Assembly: GCA_025201805.1 (NCBI GenBank) | Contig: MU619321.1 | Coordinates: forward strand, 1-64,000 | Direction of reading: 5' to 3' | From: Parasitella parasitica NRRL 2501 | Lineage: Eukaryota > Fungi > Mucoromycota | Length of the DNA stretch: 64,000 nt | Notes under the pieces: model-generated | Seen by the model: only the letters and a program-made list of their open reading frames with translations | Database searches by the model: none | What the model was told of the DNA's origin: nothing | Shown here: positions 63,790 through 64,000 of the stretch, in pieces | How the letters are laid out: every line of letters begins with the position of its first letter | How positions within the stretch are numbered: the stretch's first letter is position 1 | Program-made: the position numbers and the translations under genes

Positions 63790-64000
63790 AGCCTCATATC
63801 TAATTTAGAAGCAAAGAATAGAGAGATTGATGAGCAACTAAAAGAAATCATCATTCAAAAATTCTTCAATAATAATTTGAGCAAAGCGCAAGTAGCAAAG
63901 TTGTTCAAGCTTAATTAGAGCACTGTAGATGGTATAATTAAGCGAAAAACATTAGAAAATTAGCCGAAGAGGAAGAAAGAAAGAGCTTGTTAAACTTAGG
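63790..64000 (+). pseudogene. HTH fragment, probably a Tc1-type transposase N terminus
   Basis: KEIIIQKFFNNNLSKAQVAKLFKLN*STVDGIIKR; contains stops. Confidence 0.45.

Overview
AT-rich, intron-rich fungal DNA. The short introns, the gene set (CARM1, CCNDBP1, pallidin-like, COA8) and the repeat families suggest a Mucorales-type early-diverging fungus (inference). About 18 protein-coding genes are recognisable: CCNDBP1, LIM-RhoGAP, Elg1, homeobox TF, Doa4/USP8, DPP5, MEF2-type MADS TF, PEX1, eIF2-beta, pallidin-like, Mdv1, COA8, isochorismatase, ammonium permease, CARM1, PIG-C, Rua1/DUF4451 and F-box/WD40. There are also tRNA-Val(CAC), tRNA-Gly(GCC), a Grr1-like pseudogene and several transposon graveyards. 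The most notable structure is a 5.25-kb TA-flanked element (53931-59179). Its two 458-bp near-identical inverted arms are both copies of the 3' end of a dead Tc1-type DD34E transposase. They enclose a spliced, decaying gene for a putative PD-(D/E)XK nuclease-like protein, and one of its introns holds an internally deleted Helitron. Other oddities: a pogo transposase split by two solo LTRs with exact 5-bp TSDs, a dispersed repeat carrying RFX X-box-like palindromes, four GC-AG introns, and a LIM exon with an in-frame TAG.
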